A stretch of DNA of 64,000 nucleotides from Cycas panzhihuaensis (Eukaryota > Plantae > Cycadophyta). Of the stretch, positions 1-13,859 are shown in pieces. Positions within the stretch are counted from its first letter, which is position 1; the number at the start of each line of letters is the position of its first letter. A model generated the notes under the pieces. It saw nothing but the letters and a program-made list of their open reading frames with translations, was not told where the DNA came from and ran no database searches. Position numbers and translations under genes: made by a program. The stretch is taken from the NCBI GenBank assembly GCA_023213395.1, contig CM041465.1, forward strand, positions 159,843,741 through 159,907,740, in the 5' to 3' direction.

Positions 1-1247
1 TATAATAAATGCCAACCTCTTGTACATGTTTCATAAATTATTTATGGTCAATATGATTTCTATATATCCTTCTTCCTTAAGTGGTAATATCTTCAAATTT
101 ATACTATTCTTCCATAATGCATAGGTATTATTCTTTCCACCATGAAAAGCATTCCTGATATACTACCATGGCCTCCCTAATAATAGATGGCACATATCTA
201 TAAATATCATATCATACCATATCTCATCGTGATATGATTTCTTAATGCTAAATTTAAGAAAACATCTCTTGTCAATGGTTATTTCATTTTCTTTTTGGAA
301 CAGAAAAATATGGTATGGATATGGATGTGCTTCACAAATTAATCTTAACTTTTCTACCATTTCATTGGAGACCATATTCTCATAACTACCACCATCAATT
401 ATAACTTTACATTCCTTTCATCCCATGGTTCATCCTATTATGAAAATGTTAGTTTATAGCCATGAATTATTATCTATCTTTACCTTTCTTTTATCTTATA
501 TGGGTTGTTATCTTAGTGTTATTATGGTCTTCAGATAATTATGCTCTCACCTTTATCTTCTATGATTCCTTTATTACCATCTTTATTTTAGGCCAATTTC
601 ATCCTTGATGCTCTTCCCACATTTAGGATTATTCCTCATGGTGACAAGGGTATTGAAATGCACTTTGTCCTTCTTTCCTATATTTGAAACAAACACAAAG
701 TTTTCTCTATTCTTTTTTGCCATTAAAACCCATGCTTTATTAGCCTCCTAAAAATCCTTTTCCCTTGAGTTGGTTCTAAGTTCTTCCTCCTTATATTTTT
801 CCCTACCTCTCTTCTTCTTTTCCTTCAATCCTATTGGATGATTCTCCTCTCATATAGGGGATTCATCTTCTACCTTTGTGTAAATTTAATGAACCTCTTC
901 TCATCATAAAGGAACTTTAAGTAGAATGCTTATTTTTCTTCTCTTCTACTTTTAATGCTAATTGATATGCATCTTTCATGTTTTTTACTCTATGCATGAT
1001 AAGTTCATCCTAAATTAAAAACTTTAAACCATTTGCATACCTTACAGTGACTTGTTTATATATATCCTCTAGCTCCACATGAATGAAAATCTTATAAAAC
1101 TAATTTATGTAGTCTTGTATTGTCATTTCTTTTTTCTTTAAGTTATGGAACTTTTTGAAGAGGGTCTAAGAATAATTGATTGGTAACTTCTCTTTTAACT
1201 TCTTAACCATTTTGGTCTATGTTCTAATCTCCTTTTTGCCTTTCTTC

Positions 1248-1381
1248 ACCCTCTTCTTTTACAGGTGATCCTACCAAATACTTACATGTCCCTTTAACTT
1301 TGTGCATGTAAACTTTACCTTGTCCCTACCCTCTTCTTTTACAGGTGATCCTACCAAATACTTGCATGTCCCTTTAACTTG
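1248..1381. repeat. Near-perfect local direct duplication (about 54 bp, 80-bp period) inside the decayed gag
   Basis: accctcttcttttacaggtgatcctaccaaatactt(a/g)catgtccctttaactt at 1248 and 1328. Confidence 0.85.
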
Positions 1382-1941
1382 TTCTCTTTGGTCATGCTCT
1401 TCTATTTGAAGAACTTCTCTATGGCATTTAGCTAGTCTACTAGCTCCTCTAGTTTTAAACTTCCCTAGTAGTCTAAAATATTAATATTGATTCCATTTCT
1501 CTTAACTTCAAATACTTTTAAGAATCTTTCTTCCATTTCATGTGGTTCTTATGGATTACCATTTTATAGTCTTACACCATCTTTACTTAATGCCTCTTCT
1601 TTACTAGTATTTCCTTTGTGCCTTTATCTTAATACTGTAGTTGCAAGCTATTCTATTCTGCTCTATAGTTTCTATAGGTTTTTGTTCATTTTAGAATAAT
1701 TTACTCTTCCTCCTTTTCTTCTTATTTTTTATTGATCTTCTCTTTACCCAACCACTTTAGGTTCTAAAGCTTTTCTTATAAGATTTCTGTAAGGCTCCTA
1801 ATCCCTAATAAGTACTTCCTTATCCTTTTAATAGGAATACTCTACCACCTTTATAGTTTTATTAATAAATATCCATTATAATACCTCAAAGTTTTATGAT
1901 TTTTTTTCAATCCCAGAGTTAAACCATGCTTTGATACTAAA

Positions 1942-2534
1942 TGATGAGGATAGCCTACAAGAAAAATATTTAATTTCACATGCATAAACTTAACATAAAG
2001 AAGAACTAAAGAATAAAGAGAGTCATTTTACTTTTAATTCTATTCCACTCTATTCAATCTACCAAAATATAGTTTAAAATTATATTTATACAAGTGAAAA
2101 TGAGAAGTTTAAAAGCTTTCAACACTAACCCTTAAATATCCTTCAATTACTTAAAATATTAAATGAAACCATATTTCCAAGCTAACTCCTAATAATAAAC
2201 TAGACCACTAAGAGTTATTACATAAAAGTAAAAATTACTCTAAAACTAATTATTATTTTTAGACATATAAACTAAATCTCAATTTTTAGGCATTTTTAAA
2301 GCATTTTCTGGTTGAAAATCTATGGGCCTATAATAGGGTCTCTAGCCCAATTATAGGTTATTTTGACCTATTCTACTTAGATAGACCTTTAAGTTAATAT
2401 AGGAATGACTAAATTCTATCCACTAAATAAAATGTTTTGCTCTGATTAGTAGACCTTAAAATTTAGAAAGAAAAAAAAAAAACTAAATAAATGAAAAGTT
2501 GATTAAGTTATAATGAACGTTTACTCTTGCATCA
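1942..2534 (-). repeat. 5' LTR of the left-edge gypsy element
   Basis: TGATG...CATCA inverted termini directly beside the PBS. It interrupts a copia LTR whose remainder follows at 2535. Confidence 0.7.
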
Positions 2535-5500
2535 TAAACTAAGAAGATAACGTGTTAAAATCTTTTTACATTAACCAATCATGATTTGACCACTATTTAA
2601 ACATTACCTTGACTATTATAAAATTTAATATTTTATCACTCAACTTTAATGTTTAATTTATGGAATTTAAATGTCTTCAACTTCATGCTAGATCACATGC
2701 TTATCATATATCTCATATCCCTTATAATATCAACTATTAAACTTATCTTCACTAAGTTTATTCTCCTATAAGCAAATCCTCTCATATCATCAATATATAT
2801 CACATTACCATTTGTAAGATATTAAGTAAACATAATTCCTAACTCATTGTATCATATGAAGTCTCTTCTTAATAACTTCATTTCTTCCATGTATAATCTA
2901 TAAAATAAACTCATTAATCTTGTTAATGAACTAAATCCACTAATGTCCATATACAACAACCACTACTTATCAAAATGCATGGGCCATCAACTACTACAAT
3001 TAGTAGTTAAGTAAGAAGTATTTCTCATATGTAGTTCATCAACTTCATTAACAAAAAATAACATGCTATGAATAGACAAACATGTTATAACAATAGTAGG
3101 TTATGAATCTTCTATGATCTTTTACCCTATAAGATATGAGAAATTCATGTGTTACATCTATTTATAATTCTATACAATGTAACCCTTATAACTTTCTTTA
3201 AAAACTGATCTTTCTCAATCATATCATTAAACTAACTAACTTTTGAAACATCTAGCCTATCAATTTTATTTTAATAAGGTAATATATCTATATGTTTTGT
3301 GTCTTTTATCATATATGGCTATCAAATTTCTAATAAAAAACATGTATTAACTAGACTCCTCAATAGTTGGTCTTAATTTTATGGATAATTTACAACTACT
3401 ATTTCTATTATCAAATAAATAATCAAATTTATGAGAACTTTCTTTAGCTCATATTAAGTTTATAAGACCTTTTCTTGATAGGTCAATTAACACTCAACAA
3501 CTCTTAATGAAACATTAGGTGGTATCTATCATTTAATTATTAACTAGGTAATTTAATCAACTTTGTCCTTTCATTTGATTATTAGTCTTTACAACACTAT
3601 ATCAAATATTTTTATTCACTTGGGGGGATCAATAATATTATGTCCAATACATAACTATGTCTTTTATCTCTTATCTAATAATAAATTAGTTCTTATATAC
3701 TTAACATCTTAAATTTTGAGCCATAATGCATATAAAGTAAGCCTTAAATATATCTCTTTATGTTATTTTTCTATCCAAGTATATGTCCAAACTCATAATC
3801 ATGTATTTATTTATATTAATATGTATCTATGAGCCCTTAAAATCACCAAAAATATGTTAGAACATGTCTTAGACTATTAAAAAAATACACCTTTTATCAT
3901 GCAAGAAATTATTCATTAAACTTTATTAATTAGAATTTGCATGATATGATTTCCAAATCCTATCTTATGACCATTTGTTTCATCTATTTCTAAGTCCTCT
4001 TTCTAAAGCCACTGACAACACTTAATTCTAACTTTATATGCAAAAGTTATATAATGAAAATTCATAGGATGTCTTGAAAAATTAAAAAATAGGCCAAAAA
4101 TACTTTGAAGCACCTTTATTATTTAGCTTATGAGTATGACATTTGTCCCATATAATCATCCATTGATATGTTGTGGGGGGAGGGGGGGGCGGCTTAAGTC
4201 TAGACTTCAAAGTATATACAATCAAATTTAATTTGCTTTACACTCTGTAAAAATATACATACCAACTTTTTTTATAATTTTCATGATGATTTAGGATTTA
4301 TCATTTTGTGACTATGTTGGGTGAATTTTATGTGCATATAGAATAGATTTGAATACCAAATCTCCATGGAAATTTTGTGAGGAATATGGGCATACAATTT
4401 TGTGTAATAGTGATCAAAGGTATTCATAATAAATGCAGTTCTAATAGATTTGGCAAGATTGCATTTGTAATGTCTTTACCCATGAGTTTACTCCATTTAA
4501 TCTCTATAAATAACATGTTCATTATATATTCATGGGGTGAAAAAGATATCTCTATGAGAAATAACCCTAATAGCTATAAAGTCAATATCATTAGCATAAC
4601 TTTATAGTATCGTAATGTTAAACAACCACTCCATGCTTATATTCTTCATTTCTATAAAGACATCATGTTGATATTCTATGCACTATTTATTTATTTATTT
4701 ATTAGTGATGGATGAAGCCATATGCACTCTTCACATTATATGCACTCCGACAACATTCTCTCATATATATTCTTCTATTGTTCATATGAGAGGCTACAAT
4801 GAGATCTTAACATATCTCTTATAAAGCTTTTATTACATTATTTTTGTGCCTATAACTTACATATAGCCTTCCTATAAAGGGTGCCCAATAATAAATTAAG
4901 AGAGATTAGTTTTAACAAGTTCACATATCAAAAGAAGTAGCTCATATAGATTTTGATGAAATAAAATGAACCCAATAAACCTTCACTCTTCAAACTGATA
5001 GTGCATCATCAATAACTACTTTTTTAAACCTTAATTTCTTCCCTAATAATTTATTAAACTTTTAATTAAAAAATATATCATAATCTTCAAATATCTTTAC
5101 AAAACCCTAAATTCTTGCTCAAACATACCTATCAAAACTTGTTAAATTTTCTTCTCAAACTTATGAAATATCCTGCCATAATGTTTCTATCTTGAATCAC
5201 CATAAACCTCTAGATAGTTAGGCTTTCTTATTTAATTATCATATGCATAACTAATGTAGTAGAATAATCTAATTAAAATTTTAATAACTTGTGGACTAAA
5301 ACACATGCATGTTTAATATAGGTACTGCATGTATAAAAATAATATTTATATAACTTAATAAATGAATAATATTACCCATCAGTCTTTCTATTAATCTTCA
5401 TCTTATATATGATTCTTGTCATTGACTTCATCATACCTTTATATCATAGTCACATCATTAATATAACTTATTTCCCCCCCCATCAAATCAATTTTGGATA

Positions 5501-5870
5501 TCAACTCTTGATATTGGCTTATACTAGTTTGATATTGGATCTCATAATACACGTATGGATCATCCTTAAATAGTGAAGGTTATCACCATATGTATGTGGT
5601 CTTTAACATCTATTTTTTCTTCCTTTTCCCTATTTCATCTTATATAGGGCCTACTTCTTACTTATATTGTTCTACTATGATATGATGTCTCCTTAAGACC
5701 TTTACTTTATGCTTCAATAAATCTCCTTAGGATCTCTACTTCGATCTTTAATAAGTTTTGTCAAGATATCTTCACCTATGCTCTGATAAATCTCCTTAGA
5801 ATCTCTAAGCTATAATACCATGTTAAAATTCTTATACAAGTTATCATAATATATTAACATTCTGATAACA
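2535..5870 (-). mobile_element. Highly decayed Ty1/copia element A (LTR remnant, RT/RH, integrase and gag remnants, PBS)
   Basis: 2535-2638 matches the end of the LTR at 38181-38540. The minus strand at 4300-4470 reads ANLAKS..KISMEIWY (copia integrase C-terminus-like). PBS gctataatacca at 5809-5820 is followed by TGTT. Confidence 0.55.
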
Positions 5871-5940
5871 ACTTATATAATTAAGTAGAAAAATATAATT
5901 ATATGATCAATTAATAATATAATAAGTATAATAAAAGAAT

Positions 5941-6417
5941 TATTGGCTTGAAGTCTGATGCGCTAATACCACAATATTAGTTTTGATATTTACTCTGGTA
6001 CTAAAATATTGAGGATAAAATGTAGAAGCTATAAACTATAAGAATAGATCCAACAAGGACATGCAATAGATAATGGAGGTAAGTGAAAGATAGATAAATG
6101 GACAATAATAAGATGAAATATATATAAGTACAAAGCATAATAAGTATATAGGAGAATGATGAAATTTTAGATTATTAAAAAAATTAATTATATATTTATA
6201 GAATCTCTCGCCTTATATGGATGACCCTTAGGTTAACCTTAATGTACTAATATATTTTTAAGTGGCATATATATTAATATGATAATAATATAATATTCAT
6301 TAAACATTGAGTGTAAAAGGGGTTATAACTAATATCTAATATAATTAGATATTACATCTAGCATTATCCCATATAATATATAATTCCATAATATGAAATA
6401 TCATATTAATAATATAA
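5941..6417 (-). repeat. LTR relic, family X (second copy at 37788-38180)
   Basis: Collinear with 37788-38180, for example gataaaat(g/a)tagaagctataaactat and ttaagtggcatatat. Ends are approximate. Confidence 0.6.
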
Positions 6418-6898
6418 CTCTATCTTAAAATTTGCTAGAACTTAAACTTCTTCAAATAATATGAAGTGTTTCTAATGTCTATATGAAGAAAGCTCTATTT
6501 ACAAGATCACATGAGTAAGTAATTATTGTCATCGCTAGCTCTATAGGTCACTCCTTCAAGTATATGGTTTTATGAGTGCTACATTATCATCACTTTAGAA
6601 ATATATCATCCTATGTGGTTGAATAAGTATATTAGAAATTATATGCAAGAGTACCTAAAAGAGTGTGTGTCTCATCTCTTATCAAATAAGATTAAGAGCA
6701 ACTTCATCAAGAATACATGCCTAAAAATATAACATCCATCAACTATTATGGTTAGAATTACATAATAAAAGGGCTCTATAACCTTACACAAGGGCTTTTC
6801 AGCCTCTTAAGTACCTCTATAAGTATACATAGTTTAGTAATTGTAATAATAATGACATAAAATATCATGGGCATGACTTAAACATGACATAAGTTGAG

Positions 6899-7286
6899 TG
6901 TGAGATTATAGGATCAAATATGGAACTATGAGGCTAGAAAAACACACTAAGAAACACTCTATAATTTCACAATGAATTCATCTAAAAATAAAACAAAGTA
7001 TCAGGTAGAATTAGTCTATCGATGACATTCAAATTTCATTAATTTAGAATCACCTTACCACCTTATTCTATATTATACATATGATACACCTTATATACAA
7101 AATTGGTTCAACAACAATCCATGAAAAAATTCATAACTAAATGACACTTTTCATATCCCTATTTAGGACCCTAACAACTCCCACGACATATGTTATAAGA
7201 CTTTTTAGGATTTTAGTTACTCTTGATGACTCATACATCACTTTATCCTTATACAAATTCATCCTCATATGAACATTAATCTAACA
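6899..7286 (-). repeat. 3' LTR of copia B
   Basis: TGTGA...CTAACA; collinear with 35216-35597. Confidence 0.9.
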
Positions 7287-7299
7287 CTCCTCCTTAATA

Positions 7300-10082
7300 T
7301 TCATATCATTGGTTTTAACACAAATATAAAATATGAATTTATTAAACTTATCTTTGGATAGAGATCTATTAAAAATATCAATAATCTATGCTTTTGTTGG
7401 TTGGTATAGAAGCTCAACCTCTCTATTATGGATCTATTCCCTGATAAAATGATGATGTATCTCAATGTGTTTGGTATGTGTATGGAAAACTAGATTCTTG
7501 GCAATCTTCAAGGTACTTTGATTATCATATTATAAAATAATTACTTCTTCTTAATGTAGTCCTAAATCACCAAGCATCTGCCTCAACAAGATGGCTTCGC
7601 ACATAGTTGGAATAATAGCTTTATACTCTGCCTCAATAGATGATAAAGTAATATTAGGTTGTTTTCTATTTCTCTAAGTTATAACAATAAAACCTCTACT
7701 AAAGTAATAACTTAAAGTGGACCTTCTATTATCTTCACAACTATCCCAATCAAAATTTAAGTATCTAATTAGCCTAAAATTATAATTATCTAAACTCCAA
7801 TCCAAATTATAGAGTTCCTTAGATATCTAGCTTAGTAGTAGTCAGTTAATTATCTGAATATTATGTCATTAACTCACTCATCATCATCATTATCTAGAGT
7901 TATTAACTTTATACCTATTTCCATGGTGACATGAATAGGTTTACAATTCTCTGTTCTAAATTTATTTAAATTTTCCATGTATACTTAACTTATGAAATAA
8001 AGATTTTTCTAGGCTTTTGCCATATTTCCACTTCTAAAAAATAATAGGTCAATCCAAAATTTGTCATTTCAAATGTCTCTTTGAGATTATATTATAGTCT
8101 TTCAACCTTTAAGGTGTTGTTCTTTATGATCACCAAATTATATATATACAATACTATAAATATGACTAAATGTTTTTGAACTTTAATGTATAGGCTTGGA
8201 TATATAGGTCATCTTTCAAACCCATTATCCAAGAAATATTGAATAGTATTAGAATATTAGGGGAGACTATTTAAGACCATATAAGGCCTTCTTCAAGTAA
8301 CAAACCAAATGTTCTTTACCTTTAGTAATATATTGAAGTGGTTACTCCATATAAACTTTTTTTATAAGATCTCCATTTAGGAAGTCACTCTTGATATCAA
8401 GCTAGTGTAACTACCATTTGAACTAAGTAGATATTACTAGTATTTATCTTATTATCACCATCTTTTCCACTAGAGTAAATATCTCCTAGTAACCAAGACC
8501 TTCTGTCTAGTTGAATCCTTTAGCTACTAATTTGGCCTTATATTTATCAACTATTCCATTAGATTTAAATTTGGTCTTATATACCCATTTAGATCCAATT
8601 GTCTATTTATTTAATGGTAAATCCACCAAATCTTAAGTTTTATTTTATTTAACAACATAGATTTTAGCATCCATTATTATCTTCCACTTCTATTTTCCAT
8701 TGGCTTCTCTAAAACTTGAGGGTTTATCATCATGTAATACATTATCTATTAATAAAAAACTAACTACATTTACTCTTATTATTAATTTATATTTTCCCTA
8801 TTTCTCAGGTAATTAAGCTTCATCCATGGTTTTTAGATACCATTTAGTAATTTTTTTAATAGGTGGAGAAACCTCAAGTTTTAATTATGTTTCCTAAGTG
8901 TCTTCAAATTTCTTCTCATCAATTTTCTCCTTTTTTTACTCTATTTTAGGATCTATAAATTGTTATCTCAAAGAACTCATTTTAGGTTGTTCCTTAATCT
9001 ATTTCCCTTTATCTTCCAAATCTTTAGAGTATCCTATTCTTGATATATTATGAAGCTGTACTTCTTTAAAGATAATATATTAAGTAGTATGCACTTGGAA
9101 CTTTTATCATCAAACTTTTAATATTTTTTCTTAGGAAAATGCATATATATAGTACTTTCAAAGATTTTGAGATGGATAATTATTAGATTATAGTCAAACC
9201 ACACTTTTATAAGTGTTTTGTTCTATATAACTTTAGTGATACTCCCATTTGTTAGGTATGTTATTGTATATATTACTTCTGCCCAAAAGACTTTTGAAAG
9301 ATTTTTAGCTTTCATCATTGACTTGGCCTTATTAATCAATGTTCTATTCATTCTCTAAGTTATTTCATTCCATTAAGGAGTATATGGTATTTTTAATTAT
9401 TTCTTTATGCCATGATTATTATAAAATTAGATAAATTCTTTTGAAGCATATTCTCCCCTATTACTTGATCTTAGTATTTTGATTCTTTATCCATTTTCAT
9501 TCTCCACTTTCACTTTGAATTCCTTAAATATGTTGAATGCTTCAAACTTTTCTTTTAATAGATATACCTAGACTTTTCCTAAAAAGTCATTAATAAAAGT
9601 TAGGAAATATCTTGCTTCTCCAAGTAAGGTGGTTGGCATAGGACCATAGATATCAAAATAGACAAGGCTTAATTTTTCGGTTACTCTCTAAGTTCCTTTT
9701 GGGAATGTTTCACTATAATTCTTCCCAAATATATAGGGTTTATAAGTACCCTTTTCTACCTTAAATTTTGGGAGACCATGCACCATATCTAATTTATTCA
9801 TTAGATGAAGACTAGAGAAATGCATATACCCTAATCTTTCATGCCATAGTTGAATCTTATTAGTCATGTCAGCAGTCAAATAAACCCTTTAGTTTATAAA
9901 CTTACTTAAGATCCTATAAATATAGTTATTCCTTACACCTTTTATGATTGTCTTCTCTTCTCAATAATTGATGAAGACTTTTCCATCCTTAAAGAGAACC
10001 CTCATTCCATTGTCCTTATTTTGGCTAATAGAGATCATATTCATTTTAAAACTTGACACATGTAATACATTCTCTATATAGT
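7300..10082 (-). pseudogene. Copia B pol (GAG-pre-integrase, integrase, RT, RNase H) with many stops
   Basis: ORF 9688..9879 LWHERLGYMHF is a GAG-pre-integrase motif. KYKAKLVAKG-like (about 8540) and KKALYGLK-like (about 8280) RT motifs are on the minus strand. Confidence 0.85.
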
Positions 10083-10087
10083 AATCA

Positions 10088-11141
10088 TGATCCCAAAAGA
10101 GCTTAGTTGGTGATGAAGTTAATTATCAACCTTTTCTCTTTGAGATCCTGGGAGTTAGTGTAGAAATCTCAATAACATCAAAATAATAATGAGCCTATGA
10201 AAGGAAAATTCTATACCAAATCATTTATTCTTGGCATTGATCCAAAAGTATGAGGAGTAATACTTTTATTAAACTATGAAAATCTCCATTTAATGGTGGA
10301 GAAATCAACTAGAAAAAGAATGGTAAAATTACAAGGAATAAATGATACAATTATACCATAAGGGGGACTCCAACCCTCTAAATGCTTCTCCAAGGATGCT
10401 TCCCAAGTCAAGTCTCCAAGAACCCCCTCTCCAACCTATAGAAGGGCTTAATTTATAGAAAGAAACCAAAATTGCATGTTTAACAAGTGGCAATCATACA
10501 AGTATAACCACTAACCACTAGAATGCACGTTGTCCAAGTGGCCTTCATGCAATTCTTAAAATAGTTATAGATTGTAAATGATCTTAACGGACTCCAATTT
10601 GGCTAAAATTTGGTACACATATAGGAATAATGTTCCCTCCACTTCCTCAAAATTTTAGCTCATTTGGATGTCATTTAACTACATTTCTATTCATTTAATT
10701 ATAATATGTATTTGTTGTTTTTCTGCTGTCCAAGTGGCCTTCATACAATTCTTACAAGTTTTAGCTTATAACTAACCTTAATAGACTCCAATTTAGCTCA
10801 AATTTGGTACACATATAGGAACGATGTCTCCTCCACTTCCTCAAAATTTTAGCTCATTTGAATATCATTTGGCTACAATTTTATTCATTTAATTATAATA
10901 TATATTTGTTGTTTTTTTTCTGCTAGCTGTGGGATTAATTTTTATGCAAAAACAAGGATTGAACTCTAAACAAATGATATTTTTTGAACCCCACATTTTG
11001 TACACATCTAGTGGGATGTGTCTTCTACCTTTACACAAAATTTCATATAATTTTGATACCATTTAGCCATATCTCTTTTAGTTATTCCAATGCCTATCAT
11101 TTTCCACATCTTGTAAACATATGGTAGATCCTCCTAGATCA
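10088..11141 (-). repeat. 3' LTR of element G, with an internal 197-bp tandem duplication
   Basis: Units starting tgtccaagtggccttcat at 10531 and 10728. Confidence 0.95.
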
Positions 11142-11188
11142 TGGCTCCTCCTTCCTTGGAAAATAGCCAACTCCTGTTTGGCTTAGAA

Positions 11189-12805
11189 TTAGAGATGGGG
11201 GAATTGTTGTTCTCCTTGTTTCCTACTAAACCACTTGGCCTTACTAGGCAATTGCCCTGCTACTCCAATCCTGAAAGATTCATGTGTCTTGTGTCTTGTT
11301 TTGGTAGATTTTCTCTCCAAGATACAATCTTCCTTGAGAGGCTCCTCACTTTCCAAATACAAATCATCAACGGAAGGTAAAGTGAACTCATCATGTTCCT
11401 CATCTAGCATAGATGGCTCAAAAAGTTTTAATTATTCAGCATTTACTACTAAATATATTTACATATAAGGTGGAAGATCAAGTTGGAAAGCATTACCACC
11501 TACTTTTCTCAAAATCTTGAATGGTCCATACCTTATAGGTTTGAGTTTCTTGCCTTCTCCTTTTAACCTCTCCTTACTCAAGTATAACCATACTAAATCT
11601 CTTTCTTGAAAAGTACACTCTCTCCTATGCTTGTTATGTCTTTCCTTGTACTTTTGTTGAGTCCTTAGAAGTTGATCATGTACTTCTTTGTGGACTTTCT
11701 GAATCTTCTCCAAATATCTTAAAGCCTTGTCATGCTCCTCCTTCTCTTTGCCGGATCCCTCCTTAGCTTGCATGGAAAACTCTAAGTCAAATGGTCTTTG
11801 AGGTAAGTATCCCAAACAAACTTCAAAAGGTGCTTTAGAGTGTGATGTATGCATTTCTTTATTAAATACAAATTATAGAAAAGCCAATGATTCATCCCAA
11901 GTCTTTGGATGCTTGGAATTGTATCCCCTCAATAAATGTACCAAAGTTCTGTTTACTACTTCGGTTTATCCATCTTTTTTAGGATGGAAACTTGTACTCC
12001 TCTTCAATTTGGTATCCATCATCTCCCATAGTGACTTCCAAAATGATGAAAGGAATCGAGTGTCCCGATCTGAAATGATGGAAGAAGGCAAGCCAAAATT
12101 CTTCCATACATGCTCAAAGAATAACTCAGCTACTCCTGTACCTGTGATTGTCTTCTTACAAGGTATTAGACATATCATTTTACTGAACCTATCTATAACA
12201 ACAAAAAGATAATCATGTCCCTTCCTAGTCATGGGAAGTCCCCCTAAAAAATCAATGGAGATACTTTCCCAAGGCCTAGTGGGAATAGGAAGTGGTGTAT
12301 ACAATCCTAATTTTCTAGAAGAAGGCTTAGAAGTATTACACATTACATATCCTTTTACATATTTTTTTACATCATTTCGCATTTTTGGCCATACAACATA
12401 TCTTCTCAAATTTGCTAAAGTCTTCTCTATACCAAAGTGACTAGCTACTTTAGAAGTATGGGCTTCTATAAGCCACTTGATCTTGTCTCCTTTTGATGGA
12501 ACATAGAGTTGCTCCCCTTTGAAAAGTAGACCATCCTTCTAAGCAAGCTTGGAAGGTCTTCCTTTCACTAGGTTCTCTAATTCTTCCTTCAAAGCTTCAT
12601 CTTCATGGTACAAGTCTTTGTACTCTTCATGATGCATTAGTTCCACCTACAAACTCATAAGAGAACTACAAATAAAAGTAGAAGAAGAAGTGGAACAAGG
12701 TGGTCTAGATAACATATCAGCAATTTTGTTATTAGATCCATTTTTATACTTAATTACAATATTGAATTATTGTAAATAACTCATCTACTTCATATGTCTT
12801 GCTTG
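11189..12805 (-). pseudogene. Integrase with GPF motif and chromodomain-like tail of element G
   Basis: PWESISIDF, VVIDRFSK, IISDRDTRF and YGPFKIL. C-terminal DCILERK...KAKWFS..QQFPHL. Several stops and frameshifts. Confidence 0.92.
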
Positions 12806-13811
12806 CTATAATTTACTTTGGGTTTGTAAAAATTGAAGAGGCTTATGATCGGTATGAACTACAACCTCTTTTCCGACCAAGTATGACCTCCAATGCTTGC
12901 ATGCTTGATGAAGTGCGAACATTTCTCGATCGTATGTTGGGTAGTTCTTTACTTGAGGGGTGAAGACTTCCGAATGGTAGGCAATAGGCTTCCCATCTTG
13001 AATAAGGACAGCTCCCATCGTATTTCCACTTGCATCAGCTTCTACTTCAAAAGGCCTTTGCAAATTTGGCATTGCCAAAACTGGTGCTTCACATATTTTC
13101 TTCTTTAAAAGAAGAAAAGCTTCTTCCTCCTTGGAACCCCAAGTAAATTTTCTACTAGATTTTGTCAATCCATGTAGAGGTGCTACAACCTGTGAGAAAT
13201 GAAGAATAAACTTTCTTAAGTATTGACAAGCTCCTAAAAAACTTCTCACCTCTGTGATGTTTGTTGGCCTAGGCCATTTGAGGATGGCTCGAGTCTTGAG
13301 TGGATCAATGCTCAACTTTCCTCCTCCAACCACAAAGCCTAAGAAGATCAAGTTTTCCTTGCCAAATTCACACTTCTTCACATTAAGCTTCAAATGATGC
13401 TTACCCATAGTCTTTAAAACTTCTTCTATATGCTGCAAATGTTCCTCCCATGTGTTCTTTGAAAATCAAAATGTCATCAAGATAGACAACAACAAAATTA
13501 TCCAAGTAAGACCTTAACATTTCATTCATTAGCCTCATGAATGTTGCAGGAGCATTACACAATTTGAAAGGCATAACCATCCATTCAAAGAGTCCTTGCT
13601 TTGTTTTGAAGGCCGTCTTCCATGTGTCCTCCTCCTTGACCCTAACTTGGTGATAACCACTTTTCAAATCCAACTTAGTAAAATAACAAGCATGCTGAAT
13701 TTGATCAAGCAAATCATCTATGCGAGGCAAAGGGTAGTGATTTTTAATTGTAATTTTATTCAAAACACGAAAGTCTATACACATTCTCCATCCTCTATCC
13801 TTCTTAGGCAC
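12806..13811 (-). pseudogene. Reverse transcriptase and RNase H of element G (frameshift near 13420)
   Basis: [26 protein letters not shown], then EADAS...GAVL, YDREMFAL and VHTDHKPL. Confidence 0.95.
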
Positions 13812-13859
13812 TAAGACAATTAGTGACCCATAAGGTGAACATGAAGGTCTTATGACCCC

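Larger units (their letters stand above)
1..2534 (-). mobile_element. Decayed Ty3/gypsy (CRM-like) retrotransposon, 5' part (LTR, PBS, gag-protease), running off the left edge
   Basis: ORF 163..375 (MVSNEMVEKLRL..AHPYPYHI..CHLLLGRPW) is a CRM-type protease region. Degenerate Met PBS gctttgatacta at 1928-1939. LTR TGATG...CATCA at 1942-2534. Confidence 0.8.
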
